A program made the position numbers and the translations under genes. Positions 51,096-62,800 of a stretch of DNA of 64,000 bases are shown here, piece after piece. The notes under the pieces were generated by a model. The model was given only the letters and a program-made list of their open reading frames with translations. It made no database searches and had not been told where the DNA came from. Position 1 is the first letter of the stretch. The number at the start of each line of letters is the position of its first letter. This DNA is from Amoebophrya sp. A120 (taxonomy: Eukaryota; Protista; Dinoflagellata), in NCBI GenBank assembly GCA_905178155.1, contig CAJINV010000010.1, positions 2,617,794 to 2,681,793 on the forward strand, read 5' to 3'.

Positions 51096-54000
51096 ATGTC
51101 TCACCACGACGGCGTCGAGAGCTCTCTGTCGTTGGACCTTTTCGGTTATCCGGTTCAAAACCCAACTGCCGTGAATTCGTACTACCTTGCTGTGCTGGAA
51201 TACAAACCGTTTGCCAAGTGGGGGGAGATATCCATTGTGTAAAACGATAACGAGCGTTGTCCGGGAAAAGTTTACTGGATTGAGATTCATCGTGGATAAC
51301 GACGACAAGTTGTAGTGTATCCTTGCATGATCGATGGTGTAGTTGGCGGTTTTTGTTCTTGCGCTATCCTCCAGAAGATTTGTTTCCCCCTTCCGACACT
51401 GCTCCTACACTCTTTTCCATGCGCAATCGACGGGCACGATTCTAGTGCGGACCCTCTGGTGTTGGCGCTGCAAGCGGATTTCTCCATTTCCTCGAAAAAC
51501 ATGGTCCGGCTGGAAGTCGCAGAAAATGCGGCTTGGCAGGAGGCGGGCAGGCGGTTGGAGGAAGACGCGTCGCCTGTGAAGTCAATGCACCGTGTGCTGT
51601 CCTCGTCGTCGAACACGTCCGAAAAACTACATGGTGATGAACAAGTCGGGGACCACGCCAACCGGACACGGCATCAAACTACACGGAGAGCGAATCTTTA
51701 CCTGCTGGCCATGCACGCGTTTGCGCAGGGAAAATTGCAGGAGGCGTTCGATTATGCATCGCAAAAGAATCTTCCGTACTAGCATATAATTGCATCACAG
51801 ATTTTTTCAAGAAGAAATATTTATGTGCAATTTGTCATGCAGGGAGACGGTTAGGTTTGTCATGCATGACTGCGATTAGTATTAGTAAGCGAAGGGTCCG
51901 ATGCTTTTGCAATCCATATCGATTTCTTCGTCGGCATCCTTCACGAATTCCCCCGGGACCTGTTTGCCTGCAAGCGGGCACAGCTGATGGGCCTGATTCT
52001 CGGGAAGCCAGAGCTGATTTACGCTGCGAGTTACGTCTTGGAAATGGAACTCCGACAACATCGCAAACTCAAATCCGCGAACAAGGGACAACAGACGAAG
52101 TGTGTAGAGGATCTTTAGGCGGTGCTAGGTAGTGGTTGGATCATGCTACAGGTCGTACTCTTTACAGTTGCAAGAACGACTACGAGGACAAGCTGTTCCC
52201 TCGCTTTTTTTAGTGTATCCAAGCAGGAGGGGAATAATTGTTCGCTTGAAATAAAACGAGGACTTAGCTACGAATGCGATGATGTTTCACTGCATACAAT
52301 TCTGAAAATCGAGTTTGGAGGTAGTGCCGTAGCTAAGACCACGGATGGTGCGCAGAACCAACCAGTCGTCGACTATGTAGACGAAACCACTAGTACTGCT
52401 CCGGGTAATATGAAGCACTACTTCGGCATGCATGCGTTCTCGCTGGAGCAGATTGGAGATTGGAATCGGTCAGTCGAGTGCGTCAAACGGGTATGCCACG
52501 AACAAAATTGTTCTTTTGGAGGACATTTATTGGCTGAGCAGCTAGCGATTACCATCGATCACATTCATATTCATCGCAGTACAGAGTAGCTATCTGCAAA
52601 AACTGACGAAGTGGAAGTGATATAACTTCTTGCAGCTGTAAACATAGATAAGCCTAGCAGTTGCTTGCTACCCGTTCTTGGAGGTCTGGGTAGAAGTGAC
52701 ACTGATTCTCATGTGAAAAGTTTAAAGTGTTCGAAGAGCTGCGCTTGCCTCGTACTAGAAGTGGTAAGTTTACGAACCACAGCGACAGGAGCTTAGCACG
52801 ACGGAGGACTACACGATGTTCATCAAATTGTAAACTTTTTTGTCCGTGGCATAATTCGGAGAGGCGTTTTTCCGCGACGCGCTAGACACCACGTCTGTCG
52901 ACCCGTGGCTGCTGCATTCGAAAATCCACGCGGCGCACTACAAGGAGGACTGGAGCAGCATCATCACACTGCTGGAAACCGAGCTTCCGGGTAACTACAC
53001 CACCGAAAACCTGCACATCTTCCTCTACACGCATTTCTGGTGGCATCGTATGCCTGGTTCAACACGTCGTCGGAAATTTTCAACAGTATCATAGCCTGAG
53101 TCTAAGACTACTTAAAAAAATCGATGACACAGGACGTCCCATGTTTATTTGCTGCTTTGAATCTGCTTGTTCTGCAAAAATCAAAATGGCGACATTGATA
53201 CAAGCCCAACTATTTTGTTCGACCTGTAGTACAATAAGAGAATTTCCCGCGTGAATCGGTCATACAAGTCGGCGTGACGTATGCGGAAATAGGCAAGCTG
53301 GACGAAACAGAGCGCATTTTGAAAACCCGGGTGTGGGACTGTTTTGGATCGCAGGAAGAAGAAGAAACGGCGGGAAAACCAAGGGCTCAGGCACCGAAAA
53401 CCGATTTTCGCAAGGACCCTCAAGTCCGTATCGAATTGGAAAAAGGGAAACGAGCCAACGTGATGGTCCTAAAGTTCTTGCAACTAGGTGCTCATCAAGA
53501 TGAAGACAATTGCATCGGCAAGCTTCAGATCCTTTTTGTTTCTACTGAGCCCATCATCGTCAACTGGGGTATCATCAATCATGCTGTGAGCGTTTTACCT
53601 TTTCCGCTCCATAAAATAGCTGAACGCGTTAGGTCTGATGTGGAGGCTGGCACAACGTTTCAGCACCACGAGCGCCGAAAACGCGGCCACTTCCTCAAAC
53701 GAAGTAAACCTCCTCCGCCGGCGTTTTCAAGAAATTCAAACCGTATTCACCCCCCACCTGGACCCGCTGCTAGATTTGCTGTACATGCGGTTTCTGCCAA
53801 CCCTCGCGGAGAAACAAGAATTTGTCGCAAAAATGCAAGAACACGCAGTGGACAAACGGCCGGAGTTGCTGGAGGCAGGGAAGCTGTCCGAGATCGTACT
53901 CTGGTGCTTGCCTGAAGTGATCGCTGCAATCGCAGAAGTAGAGGGTGAGCAGGGCGGGCGCGAAGCGGCGGAAATTGTACCTCAACTACGTGGAACTGCA

Positions 54001-54318
54001 GGGGAAGAAGTTGACATTACTGCAGTTCGCGGTCCTACTGATGGTGACCCGCATAGGAAATGCAGCAGTTCTGCCGCTCTACAACTGAATGCCAACCGGG
54101 CCGCACTGAAGGCGTTTGATTGGAGCTGTTTGGGGAATAGTTGTATCCTTGGTGAAAGTTGTCCTGATTCTCGTGGTTGTACAAATTGCAATGTGGCATG
54201 ACAAAAAAAAATCGCTAGCTTTTTAGCATGACCACGCACGGCCAGGGAACTACAGCTTTTGCAAAGCATACGTCGGGAGCAGCGAGCGGTGCTGAAGACC
54301 TTACTGGTAGAGGAGTGA
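51096..54318 (+). CDS. Tetratricopeptide repeat protein 38 (TTC38)-like, multi-exon
   Basis: Fragments DLFGYPV, YFGMHAFSLEQIG, ALDTTSVDPWLLHSKIH, FLYTHFWWH and EQRAVL resemble the TTC38 family as I recall it. Introns are degenerate and were not mapped. Confidence 0.6.
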
Positions 54319-55056
54319 ATTTGAAATAGAAACGAGAAACGGCGATGGATTTTTCTTCTGCACCTGGGGGTAGAAAATTGCAACGTCGAAATTGATATCG
54401 AAAAGGTCCTACTGCTGGTTTCCTCCTAAAGGGGCCGCTAGATATTCTCGCATTTCTGTTCTTTCACGAGAACTCGCAAGGACGATGAATGTTGTCCGAC
54501 GAGCTAGGTCCTTGCTGTGCAGCAGATTCGATCTACAAGCGGGTTTAGCTGGTCGGTTTAGGTTTGTGAAAAGTTGTGAAAAGATCGTCCGCTGGAGCTG
54601 CTGCTCCTTTACATCTGCAAGTCCCGATATCTTCATGCAACTCTTCTGTTGATTCTGTCTATTTGAAGAGGATCAACAAAAAGACACACAACAGGAGCTT
54701 GATGTTGATCCGACGCAGTGAGTACAACCGTGGTTCTTTTCCACCCTGCACAGCCCTCTTTTACAGGATCTTTTCTATCGGATTTTGAAGATGATCAGGT
54801 TCAGGTTCCTTCTAGAGGAGTAGAAGCGCCTTCCCACATCATCATAACCACGACCTGGCTTTCCCCGTATAAAATTTTTCTCCGCAGAAGTCGTGTTGCA
54901 CTCTCTGGTTGAGGTTGGCATCAAGCGCATGATCTCGCCACTTTGCTCCTTGAGAACTCTGTAAAAAATGGAAGTTGCGGTCCTCGTGGAATGAAAGCTG
55001 ATCTCTAACACTAATTGACCACTAGTAGTACACATTTTCTTAGAAAACGGTCGAAA

Positions 55057-58000
55057 ATGGACAAACTTGCGGAGGATGACAATGATCCCTTTGCCGCATT
55101 TGCGTTCCAAGAGGAGGAGAACGACGAGGATGCGAAACCACCAGCCGCCGAACAAAACGTCGCCAAAAAACACGCGAAGAAGAGGAAGGTTGATAGTAAC
55201 CACGCTTCTCCTGCAGCGAGTTTTATTCCAGTTGCAAAGTCAAAAATGCAGAAGCTACCTGCCGCGAGGAGGGAGACATCGAGGGCATCGGGTGCTACAG
55301 GACAAGCCACCTCCACTTCTTCATCCACAGCGAAGACGAAGCCGGCCTCTAAAGCAAATACCGTTTCGACGAGTGCGACCACTACCTCCCATGCCCGCCC
55401 GACCTCCTCGGCAGCGTCTTCGTCGTCGTATTCGGGTACAACAAGTACAAGAAAACTTACTGGTCGGGGGCGTCCGGACGTTACAGTTAATACACCAGCC
55501 CAGCAACCACTACATCAACAGCCTTTTGTGAACACCAAGCAGCGGCAGAACGGGTTCCGCGAGCGGTGGCGAAGCGTGTGCGCTGAGCACTTTCGGGATT
55601 CGCAGCCGTGCGACTGCTTTCCCGAGCTGCCGCTGCGGCTGCTGTTCCTTGGCTTAAACCCGTCGGAGGGGTCGTGGGAGTCCGGGGTGTCGTACGGCCA
55701 CCCCTCGAACCTGTTCTGGAAAATCGTGGTCGAGGCGAAATTGGTATCCACTGTATAAATGCAAATGGGTAGCTAGTTTTTGACCACCGGGTCTGCAAAA
55801 ATCAATCGACAGTGGAGGACAACTGATGTAGGCTCACTACAAGGCCACGTTAGCAAGGGGCGATTCTCGACCGACCGATATGTCCTGCGCATTGTGCATC
55901 AGATCATGTAAGAAAAGCTACGCTGAAATCCATGCTGCCCAGTCAGAGTTTACCGATATGTACAATTGATTTTCCAGACCTGATAATTCTTGACTACGCA
56001 TTTGATTCGTCCTGCATAACTTGTTCCCCTGACGCTCGAGGAGAAGCAGGAAGTGGATGCTGACTTTTGCACCACACTCGCCCCTATGCATAGCAAATAG
56101 GTTGTTGTGTCGTCCTCTGGGTCGATCCAAAATGTCATGTTGCCGGTGTTGTGGTTGACAGAGATTTTAACTACAGATATGGAAACTGGAGGCTGCTGGT
56201 CCTGGTGCCACACTACAACATTTTTGTACTCGTAGTTCTCTTTGCCTTTCTGCATGGCAAATTATATTAGCCGCACGACAGCTGTTTTTCATGCATAGCC
56301 TGCATCCAGAACAGACTGCCGAGTAACGAAAATTTCCGGATCGGCTGGTCCGATCTCGGCTGCCGGGAGGCCGGATCGGATGCGATTGATATCCCAAGGA
56401 AAAGATTGCATCACAAACAGTCTTGGCTTTGCGCTTTTTGCATTAGAAGTTTGTTTGAAGTTGTGCAGTCTGCTTTCGTGTTCGCTCTCTCATTCCACGT
56501 GCTATCAGAAATTCCTATTCCGCAGTAGTTGATGTGATGGAATTTTTCCTGTTGACAACAGAATTCAGCGCTCTTTTGCTGCAAGACACCTGGTATCCGG
56601 ATTTTTGCAGGCGGGGAAAGGTATCAAACAGAAAAAAGCTAAAGCGTATTTATTAGCCGAGAACCTGTCAACATTCGCAAATAAGTATGGAAGTCGAAGT
56701 TGTGCCGCATGTCCATGTTCGGGCTCGCATGTTATCCATTCGTGCATTACATCCAGTACAATCACGCTAGCCTTTTTCTAGATGATACAAAGCCCACGTA
56801 AATCGGGTTCGAAGCGCGGAAAACATGAGCAGATTTTTCTCCTTCATGCGCCCTGCGAACAACAGAGGTGCTGTCACCAGCAGCTCGAGCACCGGTGGGG
56901 AACAAGAACAACCGGAGCGCGGGCAGGAGCACCAGCAGCAGGGTCGAAATGGTCTGAACTCCTCGAAGATCTCCGGGAAACCATCATCTTCATCGTCAAA
57001 CACTCGCGCCGTGGCACCATCAAACAAGACCCCGGTAGAGGAAGTTGCGACTGCAGCAGCAGCTCCGCACGGGAAGAGGAAAGCTGGCGTGAACCTCCAA
57101 AAAGAGGCTTCTTCAGCGGAACAAGACTCCTCGCCAAACAAAGTGGTTCTAGCCGCACGACGAGACCGAGAGGGTGAATCAAATATTAAACCAAGTCGAA
57201 ACTACGATAAAGACGTGAGTACACCTCCGATCGCACCTCCCGCAGGAAATAGACCCGCGAACAAAACAAGATCGAAGCAGTTGTTCGTCGATATTCAAGA
57301 TGTGCTGCCGAACGTTTCGTCGAAGGTGAAAAACAGCGATCCTGTTCTTGAAAAAACAACCTTCGAACGCTACTGCGGCCCGGAAATTGTCGCTTTTACC
57401 GGTAGAGTATCCGATGCACCAAATAGGTCAACATCTTCTGGGTCGTGTGGAGGAGGGAAGGGGGCGGGGATGTTTCATCTATTTGTGGTTGTAATTTTTC
57501 GAATCGAGCTATCAGTACTAGCACAGGTGGACACGACCCGTGCGACACCACAGACTTGTGTAATAAATGGCGACGAAGGAAAAAAAACACGTCGCGTTAC
57601 GTATCAATACCCATTGCAGGTCGTTTCTGCATTCCCTTTTGCGACCGCTTTCCTCCAGTTCCAAACCCAGATTGATGCGTTTGTACCGGATACACGAAGC
57701 AGTTTTTGGATTTGATGCAGGGATTTGACCCGCTGCTGAATCCGAAAAATTTCAAGTACGGCAAGCAAGATCGATTGACGGTGAAAAAGCTACTCAACTG
57801 GCCGTTTGATATCACGCGGAAGAATTGATGGCTCGCAGCAAAGAACTTTTTGTCATGCGTAGACGTACAAAAGAGTGAAGATGATGAAAACGAAAGCAAA
57901 GCAGTATGAATTAGCTGTGGAGGTGCAGCACGGATAGTTGCCATGATGATTTCAACCTACGCAAGACAGCTGCTCCTACTAACGTTGCATGGTAAATAAA

Positions 58001-58436
58001 AGCATGCTGTAGTGCCACTTGTCGCGACGTCGATAGCTGACATTCACAAGACGGAAATTTGGGTGCTACCTAGTACCAGTGGCCGCGCGGTGCTGACGCG
58101 GGAGGAAAGATATGGACCGTACAAGGAGCTTATCATAGCGAAAATTGCTAGTAGCGGATGTTGATCATGCTCCTCGTGTCGTATCAACAATAGCCAGGAC
58201 ATGAAGAAAATCTATGATGTGATTGATGCGCGCTTCTCACAGGAGTGCGAGTTATCACGCATACGCATGATCAAGGCCGCAAGTGCAACCAGCAAGACCA
58301 ACTTTCCTCGCGCTTCGCACAAACGAAGCAAAGAAATGGCAAATACGAACGTCAGCTACTAGCTTTTTTCAGTATGATAGTGTTGTGCAAGAGGTTGTTC
58401 TACGGGCATGAAAATAAAGCGGTGGTGGAAGGGTAG
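55057..58436 (+). CDS. G:T/U mismatch-specific uracil/thymine DNA glycosylase (UDG family 2, MUG/TDG-like)
   Basis: LRLLFLGLNPS..GVSYGHPSNLFWK (GxNPG/HPxNxFWK motif), PEIVAFTG, KYGKQ and IWVLPSTSG appear in the expected order. Long low-complexity N-terminus and insertion. Confidence 0.85.
57810..58035. mobile_element. Highly degenerate introner
   Basis: Only TATC..GATA ends remain; DR TTTGA/GCTGA; removal gives WPFDIHKTEIWVLPSTSG. Confidence 0.65.
58131..58379. mobile_element. Introner, additional family (TATCATA..GAAAA..GCTAGTAGC TIR)
   Basis: Imperfect 25-bp TIR; DR GAGCT/GTGTT; removal gives YKELCKRLFYG..VEG*. Confidence 0.7.
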
Positions 58437-59807
58437 ATTGAAAGAAGGATCATGAATACGCACCACAATTATATTCTCTTCGCGACCAACAAGACCGCCT
58501 TATCTGTAGCCTTTGCACGCGAAATCCAAATTGAAACGAAAAAACAAGAAGACAAAGTACCTGATGTTCAACGCAGGTGCTGCCGCGCTAAGTGCGAGCA
58601 CTGGCGCGATTTATTTGATGGCGATTTTGATTGTTCGTCTTCGTCTCCCGCATTAGCGCCCCTATCCGAAAGATTTGAAGCTTTGATGTCAATTCTGTTC
58701 TTCTCTTCTTTCGTTTTTGGATGCTCGCTTAAAGTTATTTCGCGCACTCATGGGCATAGCATTCATCGGTTGATTGACCTTCCTGAAGATCAGGACAGGA
58801 TACTAAAGTAGTTTTTTTTTTTCTCGGTTCTTCTGCATTCCCTTTCCCCGTGTTGTTACTTTGCCAGTAATCGTAAGTACTCGTCGTGAAAGTGCAACTC
58901 GGTATCGTATTCGTTGATTCACGTACAGACCAAATTCGTCCGAGGAAAACAACTTTCGTGTTGCCTTCACAACACAATGCGGGCCGTTAGTCCTAGTAAA
59001 AATCGTCGGTTCGTGGCTTTTCAAAGTAGAGGCTTTGTTGTAGTAGCCAGGATGATAGATGAGGTATTTTCATTTTGTCGTCTCGTGTGCCTGCGCCTTT
59101 TTTTATGACTCTCAGCATCTCTTCTGCTGACACTTTTTTTGCGATGTCATTTTCCAGCCGATGTATTTCCACGAAAACAGTTTTTTCTATCACCAAAGAA
59201 TTTGTTTATGTTTTCTGAGCTACGTACTAGCTCTAGCACCTCGGTTCATTACTGAGTATTCATCGTGGCATATAGCACTTCTTCGTTGATAAACAATCGG
59301 AGCGTCAATCAATATTAACCACCTCAGGTCCTTTCATTGTCCCTATCAGCCTACGTGCCCTTTTCTTGATCTTGTATCACCTCGTGTAGACATACGTAGT
59401 TTCATCTTCACCGTCGTTTCTCTATCTCTTCTAGTACGCCGTGCACTATTTTTAGAATTTCCGTATACCGCCCAGCCACTTTTACCATCAACGTGTAACA
59501 AAAATTTTGTTTGTCTCTTTCTAGGAATTCGAGTGGCAAAAGTCCGTCGTTGACAGGATGAACTACCCGGTTTTTGTTTGAGCAAAAGGAAGCTTTATCT
59601 CTCAGGTTGTTTTGACGGGGAAAGTCACAGTAGCTGGCTCGTCTCGCGCAGTCGATATTTTTTGTCATCGCATATAAGTACATTTTTTACACTCGGCACC
59701 TGTACACAATTTTTGGATAATTTCTGTAAACAAATTTTGGGTTCATTTACGTTTTTGCTGTTGTTCTAGTTTTGAAAAAGTCTTTTTGTCGAACACAAAT
59801 CACAATT

Positions 59808-62800
59808 ATGTCGGCCTCTTCCATTTTCAATTTGCAGCCGACGGTAGACTACAGTTACCAGCAGTTTAACTTTGTCGACAGCGGCGCGCATCGCCAGCAA
59901 CTGACCAAGCGCAACAAGCTGCAGAGCGTGGAAGCGCAGAATTTCTCCTCGTGGTCAGCGAAGCTACCTTCGCCCAAGCCTTCCAAAAAACCCGCAGCCG
60001 TGACCGGGACTACTACACAAGAAAACGCGAATCATGTTGCGGAAGAAGGAAAGCCTGCACCTACTCCACAGCGAGAACCTGCGCCACAGCATCTTCATCC
60101 GCAGGGAACTACAAAAAGCGTCGTCAAAAGTTGTTCCTCCACGTCGACTCAGGAGCTCACGCGCGAATCTTCCGGCACCTCTACCACCGCTGAGGACGAA
60201 ACGGAGGCCCAATTAAGACAACGAGAAGCCGAGGACAACGCTTACATGCAACACATCCAGAAAACCGGCTACCGGGCGCGGCTCTACTACTTCTGCCTCT
60301 ACTTCTTCATCGCGGTTCTGGCCAAGGCGCTGCACTCCACGTTTGGCGATGAAAATCAAATATCTCGTCCTCATCTTGCCGGGGCAGGACTTGGAGGAGC
60401 ACGCGCACGCGGTGCGACCGTTTCGAACCAGATGTCTTCACGCGAGATTTTTTTCCGACTGGCGGCCGCGAGCTTCACGCTGGGGGGCGACTTGCGGAAC
60501 CGGCTGCAGATCCAGAAAAAGGGCACCGCTGATATGGCTTGCTCAGGTGTTACAATCTCAAATTGGTTACCATAGAATTTGAAACTTGTGTTGCATGATG
60601 AGCATGACAGACTCGCAGACCGTTCCACTTTCTGCAATTATACAAATTTCGCCAGATCGTAGTGCGGTTTGGGACTCCGGAACTTGTCATGCGCAGTCCT
60701 ATGAGAGTTGGCTAGATCATGCATTTCTTGCATCACAGATTTCCAGAGTCTATGGTAACCGATTTGAGATTGTAACGTTTGAGCAGGTCATAGCCGACCG
60801 GGATAGCACCTCGTACTTTGGCACTGTGGTGTATTTTATCAACTGTAAAAGTGTCTGGGTCTGGAAGAATCCAACTTGTCATGCTGATTTTGGATTATAA
60901 AAAAATCTGTATTGCATGAGCAGCAAAGCGTCTAGGGCCCTTCCGTAGCGTCTAGGGCCCTTCCGCAGCAAAGCGTTCTAGGGACTATGTATGTAGCGTC
61001 TAGGGCCCTTCCGTACGGCCGTATGTATGTCCCGCAACGGGGTTCGCCTATGTCGGTCATTTGTATGCGAGGCGATGGGTTACCCGGTCGGCAGAGCCGA
61101 TCCACACGAACGAACGAATGAGCAGCAAAGAGAGTCTAAGTTTTGCTACACGCAGAGAGCATTTGTCATGCGGTATAGGCATCAGGAAGCCCTCACAAAA
61201 TCTGTGATGCTAGGGCACGCATCACAGATATCAGGAGTCATGCAAAATGTGCATGACAAAGCTGGCAATCTTCCAGACCCAGACATTTTTACATTTGATA
61301 TATTTGACGAAGCACGGGAACGGGTTCATGTTTTACCACTTTCTCTATCAAAATGAAAAATCCCCCCACCCCATACTCAAACTAGAAATTTGTGATGCAG
61401 ATTTGTGGTCACAAATCAGCTTTGTCATGTTAGAAGGGAAAAGATGCGGACTGTAGTGCTGGTTGGCGTGGGAAAGCCTTGCATATGCAGCATGACAGGG
61501 GGCAGCTGGAAGTGGGAAACAGCATGACAAATTGCCTGCAAACGAGGCCGCAGCTGCGTCTCTTGGCCTTCTAGCATTACAAGCCGACTTGTGTACTCAA
61601 ATACGGCATCACAAGTTTCGTTTTCGATATGGGGAGGGGGGATTTTTCCTTTTGATATTCTCTTCACCGCGCTCTGCGGGATCATGGTGATGGAGGAACA
61701 GGATTCACCGGAAGTTGCTCTTGAGCAGCTGAACGCGAACGGAGACGAGGAGGGGAACTACAGCCTGTGGTCATTATACGATTTTTGGACGGGAGGTGGC
61801 ATGATCACGACAGCCGAAAGAACAAGAAGGGCTTCTACGCCTCACGCCTCTAATTGGTTCTTTTTATCATCCTCCCCCGAAGTCGAAGATCATCCTACGA
61901 CACCACTACTAGCACCCTCCAGTATTTACCTCTTCCTGCGGGACGCCACAGCCCACGCGAGCACCATGGTCTCCGTTCTGGGTTCGATGGTCACGCTGCT
62001 GTGGTTATCAAATGTAAAAATGTCTGGTTCTGGAAGAATGCAACTTGTCATGCTAAATCTGAAACAAGCAAGAATCTGTGTTGCATGATTACCAAAAGTC
62101 GTCCAGTTTTGACCAAGTCGGGAGGGAGTTTCTCATGCAGGACAGACATGAGAGAGATCGCACAGAATCTGTCATGCTAGGTCCTGCATTCCAGACCTCA
62201 TGGATCATGGAAAAGCTGCATGACAAATCGCTCATTCTTCCAGACCCAGACATTTTTACATTTGATAGTGGTACTTTTTGGTGTTTCGCAACCCGGAGAC
62301 GCACCTGAACTACCGGAAAGCGTTATTACAATGAATAATGCCCCCACCCCAGAACGGGGGAGTATTTGTAATGCAAACCCTGCCAAATGGAACATTCGGC
62401 CTCTTGCATCTATCAGCATCACAGATTTTCAATCCTGCATAGCAAAAATTTGTATTGCAAAAGATCCCAGCAAGTGCGGCGCTTGTCATGCAAGCGATGC
62501 TGTTTACGCCTAGACTCTGCATCAGAAAGATTCAATTATATTTTTTTCGCATGGCGAAAATTTGGTCCGCCTGACTCCATGACCTGGTGGCCGAACCATG
62601 TGCGGTAAGGTGCCCTTACAGGTTGTGTAGTGGTTTCGGTCGGTTTAGCATCACAAATTATTGCAACTTTGGGTGGGGGCAGTTTTCATTGTAATAAGTG
62701 TCGCTGAAGACCGGAATCGACGCCAAAATGCGGGACATTTGCCAGCACGTGCCGGGACTACTTTTCGGGGTCAGTGAGGTGATCCTGCGGAAAAGAAGCG

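Noticed and set aside
14629-62267. Recurrent peptides in the ORF track (IKCKNVWVWKN, SNVKMSGSG, KRKNPPSPY, SGVGTFLLRI) suggesting a repeat-protein family
   Set aside because: They are translations of introner TIRs in various frames and strands, not protein domains.
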